Shown one piece after another: positions 55,413-64,000 of a stretch of 64,000 bases of DNA. A program made the translations under genes and the position numbers. Within the stretch, counting starts at the first letter, position 1, and each line of letters opens with the position of its first letter. The notes beneath the pieces are model-generated. The model was not told the DNA's origin and ran no database searches. It saw only the letters and a list, made by a program, of their open reading frames with translations. Origin of the DNA: Oscillospiraceae bacterium (GTDB taxonomy: Bacteria; Bacillota; Clostridia; Oscillospirales; Oscillospiraceae); the NCBI GenBank assembly GCA_015068135.1, contig SVLB01000002.1, positions 16,632 through 80,631 of the forward strand, given 5' to 3'.

Positions 55413-55808
55413 TCAGGGACGGCGGAGGAGAAGTTTGAGGGCGTGGAGGGTGGGAAGGGTCAGGAAGGCCACTGCTACCACAAGCTCCAGGAGGAAGCCG
55501 CCGCCCAAAAGTACGGTCAGCAGGTGCATGGCATACCGCCACAAAAACACGCCCAGCACAAAGCCCAGGGAGGCCAGGAGGGTGCGCAGGATCATCTTTT
55601 GGAACTGTCCTGGACCGTTCACATAGAAGCCCAAAAGCAGGGCGCCGCATCCGGCAGGATACAGTATACTCAGTAAGGGGATCAGAATCGACTGGGAGCC
55701 AGCCAAAAGGGTGCCAAAGCTGATCCAAACCAAAAAGTAGAACACAAGGGCACTGCCGCCGCCAATAGCGGCACCCAGGCCCAGGCCCTGAAGCTGTGAT
55801 TTTTTCAT
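55413..55808 (-). CDS. Hypothetical membrane protein (about 4 TM)
   Basis: GGAGG RBS; strongly hydrophobic 131 aa; last gene of the minus-strand run. Confidence 0.7.
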   Translation of the reverse strand: MKKSQLQGLGLGAAIGGGSALVFYFLVWISFGTLLAGSQSILIPLLSILYPAGCGALLLGFYVNGPGQFQKMILRTLLASLGFVLGVFLWRYAMHLLTVLLGGGFLLELVVAVAFLTLPTLHALKLLLRRP

Positions 55809-55835
55809 AAAAGAACCTCCGTAGTTTCCCGTTAT

Positions 55836-56957
55836 TTAATCGGATTCGGGTAAGATCTGAATCATAACATATTCACTGGGGGCGGATGTTTTAATGGGAA
55901 AGCCCCAACCGGCAAGGCCGGAAGTGACGATGGCTTTGCTGTCTTTCTCCACGGACACCAGGCCGTAATTGGCATCGTTGAACCGAAATAGCCTATCGAC
56001 CAGGTTGGCAGGCCAGATCTGCCCTCCGTGGGTATGGCCTGAAAGGATCAGGTCTGCACCGGCTTTTCCGGTGGCGGCATAGTCAGCCGGCTGATGGTTG
56101 GCAACAATGCAGTAGGCATTTTCCGGGATACCGGCAAGCAGCTGCTGTGCCGTAAGCCGCTCTCCCCTGCCCCCGAAGCCAGGATCGTCCCGACCTGCCA
56201 AATAGAGGGTTTCCTCCAGGCATAGGGCTTTATCCTGCAAAACGGTGATACCGGCATCTTCAATGGCCCGGACCAACTGCTCCTCCGTAAAGGGGCTTTT
56301 CACCGCCGACATGGGGCGGTCATGGTTGCCGTAAACATAGTATACTCCGTAGGTGCTTTCGATACTGCCCAAGGCAGAAAACACTGTTTGCAGTCCTTTT
56401 TCCGTAGTTTCGTTATCCACGATATCTCCGCAGAGGATCACTACATCGGGCTTTTCCCCACTAACCCGCTGGCATACCTGCAAAAGCTCCCCTTCATCCA
56501 GGGTCACCCCGTAATGGACATCGGCGATCAGTGCCACCCGGTAGCCCTCCTGAGGGATGGCTTTATGGGTTTTCAGGGTATAGTCCGTGCAGACCACCCG
56601 GTACATATTAAAGTAACCATAAACGACCACACCCACAGCGGCAAGAAGGGGCAATACACCGCAGTGCAGAACCCTACGAACCGTAAAAAGCCTGTCCGAT
56701 GTAAGCTTTTTCACGGTCCAGGCGATCAGCTGGGCCAACGCGGAAAAGGCCATAAAATGGGCAACCAGCATAAAGGCTATGGAGGAAAGATCCAGAAGGC
56801 AAAGACCCATAAGCCCTGCCGCCGCCCACAACATGACCCGGATCCACATTTTATCGGTGGACACCGAGAAGGCGCGCAAGCTGCGCCTGAGTACCTTATA
56901 CAGATAAAAAACGCAGGCTGCGGCGATCAGCAGCAGAATCAAAAAGGCGATCCACAT
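55836..56957 (-). CDS. Membrane-anchored metallophosphoesterase (YkuE/YaeI type)
   Basis: N-terminal TM segments, ADVH, GDIVD, GNHD, SGHTHGGQ. Confidence 0.92.
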   Translation of the reverse strand: MWIAFLILLLIAAACVFYLYKVLRRSLRAFSVSTDKMWIRVMLWAAAGLMGLCLLDLSSIAFMLVAHFMAFSALAQLIAWTVKKLTSDRLFTVRRVLHCGVLPLLAAVGVVVYGYFNMYRVVCTDYTLKTHKAIPQEGYRVALIADVHYGVTLDEGELLQVCQRVSGEKPDVVILCGDIVDNETTEKGLQTVFSALGSIESTYGVYYVYGNHDRPMSAVKSPFTEEQLVRAIEDAGITVLQDKALCLEETLYLAGRDDPGFGGRGERLTAQQLLAGIPENAYCIVANHQPADYAATGKAGADLILSGHTHGGQIWPANLVDRLFRFNDANYGLVSVEKDSKAIVTSGLAGWGFPIKTSAPSEYVMIQILPESD

Positions 56958-56961
56958 AGGC

Positions 56962-57846
56962 TTATTTCAGCTCCCAAAGCTTGATCTCACTGGATTTTTC
57001 ATAAAGGCGCAGATAGCTGTCATACCGGCTTTGCTCCAGCTCTCCGTCCTCTACTGCCTGACGGACCGCGCAGCCCGGTTCGGCTCTGTGGGAGCAGTCG
57101 TGGAACTGGCACTGCCCCAAATAGGGAGCCATATCCGGGAAGGCATACTGCAGGTTTTCCTTCAGGATCACATCCATCTGCTCTGTATCAAAGGAGGAAA
57201 ACCCGGGGGTATCGGCAACATAGGTATCCTCCTCCAGGCGGAACAGCTCCACATGGCGGGTGGTATGCCGTCCCCGACCCAGCTTTTCAGAGACCTCGCC
57301 GGTAGCCAGCTTCAGCTCCGGGCAAAGGCGGTTGAGCATACTGCTCTTGCCAACACCGGTATTGCCCGTGAAGGCCACCAGTTTGCCACGGATCAGCTCC
57401 CGCAGCTCCTCCACGCCCTCCCCCGTTTCCGCGCTGGCGCAGATCACGGGAAAGCCCGCGTGTTCGTAGATCCTGCGCAGATCCAACGCCGGGTCCAGGT
57501 CGCATTTATTGATGCACAGCACCACGCTGACCTCCTGGTCGCCGGCAATGGCCGCCACGCGGTCAATCAAAAAGGGCTCTGTTACGGGATTGACATTGGC
57601 GGCAAAGACCACCAGGGCATCCACATTGGCAACAGCAGGCCGGATAAACCGGTTTTTTCGAGGCAGGATCTTTTCCACCATGCCCTTGCCGTGTTCCAGG
57701 GAGATCTCCACCAGGTCACCGGTAAGGGGGCTTTCGCCGGTACGGCGCAAGGCGCCCCTGCCCCGGCAGGTCACGACCCCCTGGGAGGTCTGTACGTCGT
57801 AAAATCCACTTAGGGAACGAACGATTCTACCTTCAGCTTTTTTCAT
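56962..57846 (-). CDS. rsgA: Ribosome small subunit-dependent GTPase A
   Basis: NKCDL, GNTGVGKSS, GRHTT, DTPGF, CQFHDCSHRAEPGC. Confidence 0.96.
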   Translation of the reverse strand: MKKAEGRIVRSLSGFYDVQTSQGVVTCRGRGALRRTGESPLTGDLVEISLEHGKGMVEKILPRKNRFIRPAVANVDALVVFAANVNPVTEPFLIDRVAAIAGDQEVSVVLCINKCDLDPALDLRRIYEHAGFPVICASAETGEGVEELRELIRGKLVAFTGNTGVGKSSMLNRLCPELKLATGEVSEKLGRGRHTTRHVELFRLEEDTYVADTPGFSSFDTEQMDVILKENLQYAFPDMAPYLGQCQFHDCSHRAEPGCAVRQAVEDGELEQSRYDSYLRLYEKSSEIKLWELK

Positions 57847-60124
57847 AATCAAAATCGACCACATAGTTTTCAGAATAGGGAACTCCATTGATCCGGATCT
57901 CATAGGTGACCCTGCCCGTTCCCTTAAAGGTCACCGTCACATTTTCCCCAGGGACCACGGTTTTCTGATGGACCAGTTCTTCGCCATCCCACACTGTCAT
58001 GATGATATCTCCGTAGTTTTCTCCCAGCTTCAGATTCAGCCAGTCCACATCCGGGGCCAAGATGGTTTTGGTCACGGAAACGTACTGGGGTCCCTTGGAG
58101 ACCTTCAGCACGATCACGCTGGTCACATACACAGGCTTCGTCAGATCCATGCCCGGCTCGTTTTGTACATAATAGCCCACAACAGTCCCCTGGGGCTCAT
58201 CACTGTCGGTTTCCTCGGTGATGTAAGTCTCAAAGCCCTTACTCTTGAGAATGTTGGCAGCCTCGGTGACATCCTTGCCCACGATCTGTGCAGGCAGGAC
58301 CTCTGCCACCATTTCGGGGCCTTTGCTGACCACAACCACCACCTTGTCGCCGAAATCCAGGAACTTGCCCTCGGCAGGATCTGTGGAAATGACCTTTCCG
58401 GCTTCGATCTCATCGTGAAACTCGTTCTCGATCTCCACTTCCAGGCCGATCTCCATATTCAGAAGGGCATTCTTGGTCTCCTGACCGTCCTTACCCACAA
58501 AGTCCTCCATACGGGGCTGCTTACCGGCACTGATGACCAGGGTGACCTTATCCCCCTCCCGGAGGGGCTCACCCTTGGCGGGCTTGGTGGAAATAACGCA
58601 TCCAGCAGGCACTTTGTCATCAAACGCCTTTTCCGGGATCACTTCCACATAAAAATCGTACTGCATCAGGGTATTACGGGCCTTATCCTCAGTCATCTCC
58701 ACCAGGTCTTCCATTTCTACGGAAGGTGCCTCGGTGCCACCCTGGGTGGCTTCCGTGGTATCCTGGATATTGGGGTCTTTGCCCTGACTGATGGTCAGGA
58801 TCACGCGGCTGCCCTCTTTGACCTCGGTAAAGGCGGCGGGCTTTTGGAACATGATCATACCGGGTTCATATTCGTCGCTGTAACCGTCTTCCGTTTCTAT
58901 TTTAAATTTTTCCAAGTCAAATTCTGAGTAAGTGGATAGGGTCTCATAGTATTTTCCCACAAAATTGGGGACTTCCACAGTCTTTGCGGCAGGCTCAGCG
59001 CCACCGTCACCACTGAGGATCACCACCAGGAACACGGACAGGGCGATGAGGGCCACCACCGCGCAGACAATGATCGCAATGATCGCTGTATTGTTCCGCT
59101 TTTCCGGTTGCTCCGGTTGGCGGCGCTGGGGTTCCTGACGGGTTGGGCGGGTCCTGCGGATCACTTCCGCGCCACCGGTGCGCTCCACGACCTTTTCTGC
59201 TGTGGTCTTCGGCGTATTGGTAAGCGGCTCGATCACCATGGTGGGTCTGTGGATCTTGATCACATCCTCTTTGGGGGTATTGTAATCAAAGAGGATGGCA
59301 GGATCCTTGCGGAATTCGTCCATATCCCGGAGCATTTCCGTAGCACTGGTGTAGCGCTTGGCCTGGTCATGGGCCATGGCCTTCATGATGATCTGCTCCA
59401 GACCGCCGGGGATATTGGGATTATAAATGGAGGGCATGACCGCACCGCCATTGATATGCTGAATGGCCACTGCCACCGGGGACTCTCCGTCATAGGGAGG
59501 ACGGCCACTCATCATTTCATACATAACGATGCCCAAAGAGTAGATATCCGAACGGTTATCCACTCTGCCGCCCTTGGCCTGCTCCGGGGAGATATAGTGA
59601 ACAGAGCCCAGAGCCTCCTTGGTCAGGGTATTGCCCTTGGACATCATCCGGGCAATGCCAAAATCCGTTACCTTCACAGAGCCGTTTTTCAGCACCATAA
59701 TATTATGGGGCTTGATATCTCTGTGGACGATGCCACGGCTGTGGGCATGTTCCAGGGCCTTGCCGATCTGAATGGCAAAATGCAGGGTCTCCTTCCAGTT
59801 GAGACACCCCTTCTTTTCCATATACTGCTTCAAGGAAATGCCTTCGATCAGCTCCATAACGATATAGTCCGCCATAATAGAGGTGGAAACATCGTAAACA
59901 GATACAATATTCGGATGGCTCAGCATGGCAACAGCCTGACTTTCCGAATGGAAGCGTCGGCGGAAATCCTCATCCTGCATGAAGTCATCCTTCAGGATCT
60001 TAATGGCCACCAAGCGGTTCAAACGGTGGCAACGGGCTTTATAGACAACCGCCATGCCGCCGGTTCCGATGACCTCCAGGATCTCGTACCGGTTATCCAG
60101 CAAACGGCCTATGTATTTATCCAT
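57833..60124 (-). CDS. pknB: PASTA-domain Ser/Thr protein kinase (PrkC/PknB)
   Basis: GTGGMAVVY, HRDIKPHN, DFGIA, TM segment, several PASTA repeats. Confidence 0.94.
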   Translation of the reverse strand: MDKYIGRLLDNRYEILEVIGTGGMAVVYKARCHRLNRLVAIKILKDDFMQDEDFRRRFHSESQAVAMLSHPNIVSVYDVSTSIMADYIVMELIEGISLKQYMEKKGCLNWKETLHFAIQIGKALEHAHSRGIVHRDIKPHNIMVLKNGSVKVTDFGIARMMSKGNTLTKEALGSVHYISPEQAKGGRVDNRSDIYSLGIVMYEMMSGRPPYDGESPVAVAIQHINGGAVMPSIYNPNIPGGLEQIIMKAMAHDQAKRYTSATEMLRDMDEFRKDPAILFDYNTPKEDVIKIHRPTMVIEPLTNTPKTTAEKVVERTGGAEVIRRTRPTRQEPQRRQPEQPEKRNNTAIIAIIVCAVVALIALSVFLVVILSGDGGAEPAAKTVEVPNFVGKYYETLSTYSEFDLEKFKIETEDGYSDEYEPGMIMFQKPAAFTEVKEGSRVILTISQGKDPNIQDTTEATQGGTEAPSVEMEDLVEMTEDKARNTLMQYDFYVEVIPEKAFDDKVPAGCVISTKPAKGEPLREGDKVTLVISAGKQPRMEDFVGKDGQETKNALLNMEIGLEVEIENEFHDEIEAGKVISTDPAEGKFLDFGDKVVVVVSKGPEMVAEVLPAQIVGKDVTEAANILKSKGFETYITEETDSDEPQGTVVGYYVQNEPGMDLTKPVYVTSVIVLKVSKGPQYVSVTKTILAPDVDWLNLKLGENYGDIIMTVWDGEELVHQKTVVPGENVTVTFKGTGRVTYEIRINGVPYSENYVVDFDYEKS

Positions 60125-60150
60125 AGATTCCATACTCCTTTCGCCACGGC

Positions 60151-60882
60151 TCAAATCATCACCAGCACACCGGTCACATTATCCGGTGCGCCGCGATTTT
60201 TGGCGATCTGCAGTAGCTGATGACAGCACTTCTTCTTTTCCACGCCATGAACCACCTCAAACAGGATCTCCTGATCGTCAATGAGGTTGCTCAGGCCGTC
60301 GGTACACAGAAACACACAGTCCCCACGTTCCATCCTTCTGTGGAAAACATCACAGGTCACTGCCGTTTCCGTACCAATGGCACGGGTGATGAGATTCTTG
60401 CCCGGGTAGCTTTTGGCCCGTTCCGGGGTCAGCTCCCCCCGGGCCACCATCATCTGTACCAAAGAATGATCCTCTGTGACCTGGGAAATACCGTCGGCAT
60501 CGATATGATAGCCGCGGCTGTCACCCACATTCACAAAAATAGCATGCTTTCCCTGGATCAGTACCGCAACCAACGTAGTTCCCATGCCGGAAAACTCCTC
60601 AAATTGCTGGGCCTGGTCATAGACAGTGAAGTTTGCAAGCTTCACCGCTGCCCGGAGCATGGATTCCAGCTCCTTAATGGCCATATCCGGCTTCCAGGAG
60701 CCTTTTACCTCCTGGGAAAATACATCCACCGCAAGGGTGCTTGCCACGTTACCGGATTTGGCACCGCCCATACCGTCACAGACCACGCAAAGTAAGGTGT
60801 TTTTATCCAATACTTCCACGTGGAATGCATCCTGGTTCTGACTTCGGACCATGCCCGGGTCAGACAGTCCCCAATATTGCAT
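60151..60882 (-). CDS. stp: PP2C-type Ser/Thr phosphatase (Stp1/PrpC)
   Basis: VRSQNQD, VCDGMGG, GMGTT, VGDSR, CTDGL, DNVT. Confidence 0.94.
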   Translation of the reverse strand: MQYWGLSDPGMVRSQNQDAFHVEVLDKNTLLCVVCDGMGGAKSGNVASTLAVDVFSQEVKGSWKPDMAIKELESMLRAAVKLANFTVYDQAQQFEEFSGMGTTLVAVLIQGKHAIFVNVGDSRGYHIDADGISQVTEDHSLVQMMVARGELTPERAKSYPGKNLITRAIGTETAVTCDVFHRRMERGDCVFLCTDGLSNLIDDQEILFEVVHGVEKKKCCHQLLQIAKNRGAPDNVTGVLVMI

Positions 60883-60887
60883 CCGGA

Positions 60888-61925
60888 TCACTCCTTCCGT
60901 TCTTCTTTTGTATATTTCCGCCGCAGCTGTCCGCAGGAGGCATCGATATCCCCTCCCAGAGTGCGGCGTACCGTGGCAGGGACTCCACCCTGCTCCAAAA
61001 TCGTCTGAAACTCCATGACCGCCTTCCGGGTACTGGGCTTCAGCGGACTTTCTTCCACATGATTCAGGGGGATCAGGTTCATATGGGCCGGAAGTCCCTT
61101 CAGCCGCTTCAGAAGCAGCCTTGCATCCTCCGGACGATCATTGACCCCATGGATCATGGCATATTCAAAGGAAATGCGCCGGTTGGTCGCCCCATAGTAC
61201 CGACGGCAGGCCGCCAGGAGTTCTTCTGTGGGGTAAGCCTTGTTCACCGGCATAATGGTATCGCGGATCTCGTCGCTGGGTGCGTGAAGGGAGACAGACA
61301 GGGTAAGCTGCAGCTTTCTTTCTGCCAGTTCATCGATCTTCGGCACCAGGCCGCAGGTGGAAAGGCTGATATGGCGCATGGAGATGTTCATGCCCTCGGG
61401 GCTGTTCACCAGCTCCAAAAAGCGCATCACATTGTCAAAATTATCCAAAGGCTCTCCAATGCCCATTAAAACGATATGGGAAATGGGAAGCCCCGAATCC
61501 ACCTGGGTAAACAGCACCTGATCCAGCATCTCAAAGGGCTCCAGCCGCCGTACCAGTCCCCCCAGGGTGGAAGCGCAGAAGGCACAGCCCATCCGGCACC
61601 CCACCTCAGTGGAAATGCAGACGGTATTGCCGTAATGGTAGCGCATAAGTACCGTTTCCACGCAGTTGCCGTCGGACAGCCGCCACAGATACTTGATGGT
61701 ACCGTCCTTTTGGGACTCCTGCTTGCGAACCACCGCAGGGGCGCAGATCGGATGGCTCTGCGCCAACTGCGCACGCAAAGCACCGGGAAGATTGGTCATT
61801 TCTCCATAATCCCGCACACCCCTGTGAAGCCACATATATACTTGTTTCGCCCGAAAAGCAGGCTGGCCCATTTCTTTGAACAGGGCTGTCAGCTCCGGGA
61901 TGGTCATGGATTTGAGATTCATCAT
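60888..61925 (-). CDS. rlmN: 23S rRNA/tRNA m2A methyltransferase
   Basis: CRMGCAFC, MGIGEPLDN, DIDASCGQL. Confidence 0.96.
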   Translation of the reverse strand: MMNLKSMTIPELTALFKEMGQPAFRAKQVYMWLHRGVRDYGEMTNLPGALRAQLAQSHPICAPAVVRKQESQKDGTIKYLWRLSDGNCVETVLMRYHYGNTVCISTEVGCRMGCAFCASTLGGLVRRLEPFEMLDQVLFTQVDSGLPISHIVLMGIGEPLDNFDNVMRFLELVNSPEGMNISMRHISLSTCGLVPKIDELAERKLQLTLSVSLHAPSDEIRDTIMPVNKAYPTEELLAACRRYYGATNRRISFEYAMIHGVNDRPEDARLLLKRLKGLPAHMNLIPLNHVEESPLKPSTRKAVMEFQTILEQGGVPATVRRTLGGDIDASCGQLRRKYTKEERKE

Positions 61926-63241
61926 AGCTTTCTCCGCAAACGGCAGATAAAAAAGCCGTCTGTGTCATATTCTCCCGGCACAAGGGCAAGCATTCCCGAG
62001 GTATTCTCAGGAAACACCCCCGGCAGGGGCAAGGGTTCTGTGGTATACTCCGGATGGTTCTGTAAAAAGGCTTCCACAACCGCTTCATTCTCTGCCCGCA
62101 CCAGGGTGCAGGTGGAGTAGATCAGCAGTCCTCCGGGCTTTACATAGCTTGCCTGGTTGGACAGGATCTGCAGCTGCAGCTTGGGAAGGTCTTTCATGGA
62201 ATCCGGATCTTTATAGCGGATATCCGGCTTTTTCCGGATGATTCCGTACCCGGAGCAGGGTACGTCCGCAATGACGCAGTCAAAGGCAGCTTCCCATTCC
62301 GGAGCAAATTGGGAGGCATCCCGGACGGTTGCTGTGATATTGGAAAGGCCCAGTCTTTGGGCGCCCTTTTGGATCAGTTCGATCTTGTGAGGGTGGATAT
62401 CGCAGCTTTGCACGGTTCCGCTGCCGCCCATAGCAATGCAAGCCGCAAAAGTCTTACCGCCGGGGGCGCTGCAGCAGTCTAAGATCCGCAGATCCTGCCC
62501 CTTGGGAAGCTGGGCGCACAAAACACTCAGCTTTGCCGCCGGGTCCTGGACATAGAACAGTCCCTTTTGGAAGGCATCCAGCCGTTCCAGATTTCCCACG
62601 CTCTGTAAAATCAGGCAGTCCGGCATCCAGTCGTGGGGCCGGACTTCCGCCCCGGCTTCCTGCAGAGCTTCCGTCAATTCCAAAGCGGAGGTTTTCAGGG
62701 TATTGACCTGGATCACCGTGGGCGCAACGGCATTATTGGCCTGGAGCATAGGCTCCATCCGTTTCGAGCCCACATAGCTTTTCAGCAGATCGATCAGCTT
62801 TTGGGGATGGCTGTACCGGGTCTGCCAATCCTTTGCCGGCTGCAGGGTATCCCGGTTTCTTTGGGCATTGCGCAATACGCCATTGACAAGTCCCGGCGCA
62901 GAGCGCAATTTCCTGCAGTATTTTTTCGCAAGGGAGACAGCCTCATTGACGGCGGCACTGTCCGGGATCTTGTCCATAAACAGCATTTGATACAAGCCCA
63001 AATGGAGGATATCCCGGACCGCAGGATGCAGATCCCGAAGCTTTCCCGTAAGAAGCTGCTTCAGGTAATGATCCAAAAGCAGCCGGTTTTGCACCACGCC
63101 GTAGCACAGCCGACTGGCCAAAGCCGCCTCCCGGCGGTCCAGCCCGTCCCGACTGATCAGCTCCTTCAGCACGCCGTTGGACCACCCATCCTCTTTCCGG
63201 CAGGTGATCAGCACATTCAGAGCGGTTTCTCTCGCTCCCAT
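61922..63241 (-). CDS. rsmB: 16S rRNA C967 methyltransferase
   Basis: NusB-like N-terminus, DCCSAPGGKT, DVPCSG, YSTCT, DGFF. Confidence 0.95.
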   Translation of the reverse strand: MGARETALNVLITCRKEDGWSNGVLKELISRDGLDRREAALASRLCYGVVQNRLLLDHYLKQLLTGKLRDLHPAVRDILHLGLYQMLFMDKIPDSAAVNEAVSLAKKYCRKLRSAPGLVNGVLRNAQRNRDTLQPAKDWQTRYSHPQKLIDLLKSYVGSKRMEPMLQANNAVAPTVIQVNTLKTSALELTEALQEAGAEVRPHDWMPDCLILQSVGNLERLDAFQKGLFYVQDPAAKLSVLCAQLPKGQDLRILDCCSAPGGKTFAACIAMGGSGTVQSCDIHPHKIELIQKGAQRLGLSNITATVRDASQFAPEWEAAFDCVIADVPCSGYGIIRKKPDIRYKDPDSMKDLPKLQLQILSNQASYVKPGGLLIYSTCTLVRAENEAVVEAFLQNHPEYTTEPLPLPGVFPENTSGMLALVPGEYDTDGFFICRLRRKL

Positions 63242-63242
63242 A

Positions 63243-64000
63243 TTACAGCTCCAGCGGATGACCCCGGAAATAGTCCGGTGCGGCCATACGCTTACCGCCC
63301 TCTGCCTGCAGCTGCAGGATCTCGACAGCGCCCTGGGCGCATGCCACCTGCAGACCGGTCTTGGTCAGCGCCAGGATGGTCCCGGGCTGGGCAGAATGGG
63401 ACAGCTCCAGTACCCGGGTGGCATGGATCTTAAAATTGGTACCTGCCAGCTGGGCAGTTGCCACCGGCCAGGGATGCAGACCCCGGACACGGTCGTGGAC
63501 CTGCTGGGCTGTCTGATCCCAGTCAATGGGGCACATGGACTTATCCAGCATGGGGGCATAGCTTACGGCAGAAGGATCCTGAGGCGTTCCGATCACCTGC
63601 TCTCCCGCGGCAAAGCGATGCAGGGTATCCGCCAGCAGATCCGCGCCCAAAACAGCCAGTCTGTCCAGCAGCTCTCCGGCAGTCTCATTGGGTCCGATAG
63701 GGGTCTTGCTTACGGCGATCACATCACCGGCATCCATCTCCCTGCAAAGGTACATGGCAGAAACGCCGGTTTCCTTCAGCCCGTCCAAAACCGCCCACTG
63801 GTACGGAGCAGAGCCCCGGTAGGCAGGCAGCAGACTTGCATGAATATTGATAAAGCCCAAAGGGGCGATGTCCAGTACCCGTTGGGGCAGGATCCGCCCG
63901 TAGGCCACCACCGCCACCACATCCGGTTTCAGTTCTCGCAGCTGCTCCACCGTTTCATCCTCCCGGAAGTTTTCCGGCTGGAATATGGGAAGGTCGTGCT
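63243..64000 (-). CDS. fmt: Methionyl-tRNA formyltransferase (5' end beyond the window)
   Basis: VVAYGRIL, INIHASLLPAYRGSAP, MDAGD; upstream of rsmB. Confidence 0.95.
   Translation of the reverse strand, partial: HDLPIFQPENFREDETVEQLRELKPDVVAVVAYGRILPQRVLDIAPLGFINIHASLLPAYRGSAPYQWAVLDGLKETGVSAMYLCREMDAGDVIAVSKTPIGPNETAGELLDRLAVLGADLLADTLHRFAAGEQVIGTPQDPSAVSYAPMLDKSMCPIDWDQTAQQVHDRVRGLHPWPVATAQLAGTNFKIHATRVLELSHSAQPGTILALTKTGLQVACAQGAVEILQLQAEGGKRMAAPDYFRGHPLEL

Overview
A 64 kb, moderately GC-rich chromosomal segment of a Clostridia-class bacterium; gene content and style suggest Oscillospiraceae (inference). Most of it is housekeeping: a partial ClpC-like ATPase, a ferredoxin, trmN6-rsmI, a two-component pair, a tandem-OB ssb paralogue, a SpoVB/MurJ-like flippase, two MATE pumps, argC-J-B-D-F, tRNA-Arg(ACG), miaB-mutS-CPBP-mutL-yggS-sepF-divIVA, T-box-ileS, miaA-hfq, nth, yfhO, trmK-nif3-yebC and fmt-rsmB-rlmN-stp-pknB-rsgA. 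Accessory material lies at about 16.1-29.0 kb and 53.6-55.4 kb. The first block holds tRNA-linked repeats, a 4-gene phosphoesterase/GNAT/phosphotransferase/HD operon behind a leader-peptide attenuator-like region, a 1798-aa secreted esterase-adhesin with a divergent AraC gene, and a secreted M23-like peptidase. The second is an AT-rich XRE/lipoprotein islet. No integrase, transposase, CRISPR array or phage gene was recognised. The most unusual signals are non-coding: a 281-bp structured MITE-like element with tRNA T-arm-like ends inside the arg operon, two repeat units after tRNA-Arg that each carry an antisense copy of its T-arm, an unannotated 21-aa leader ORF with an SD-sequestering helix and terminator, and a 110-nt periodic AGAT/ATCT hairpin. 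On the protein side, two paralogous secreted SGNH/CE6-like esterase modules carry an atypical G-H-S motif. All calls are by eye; no searches were run.
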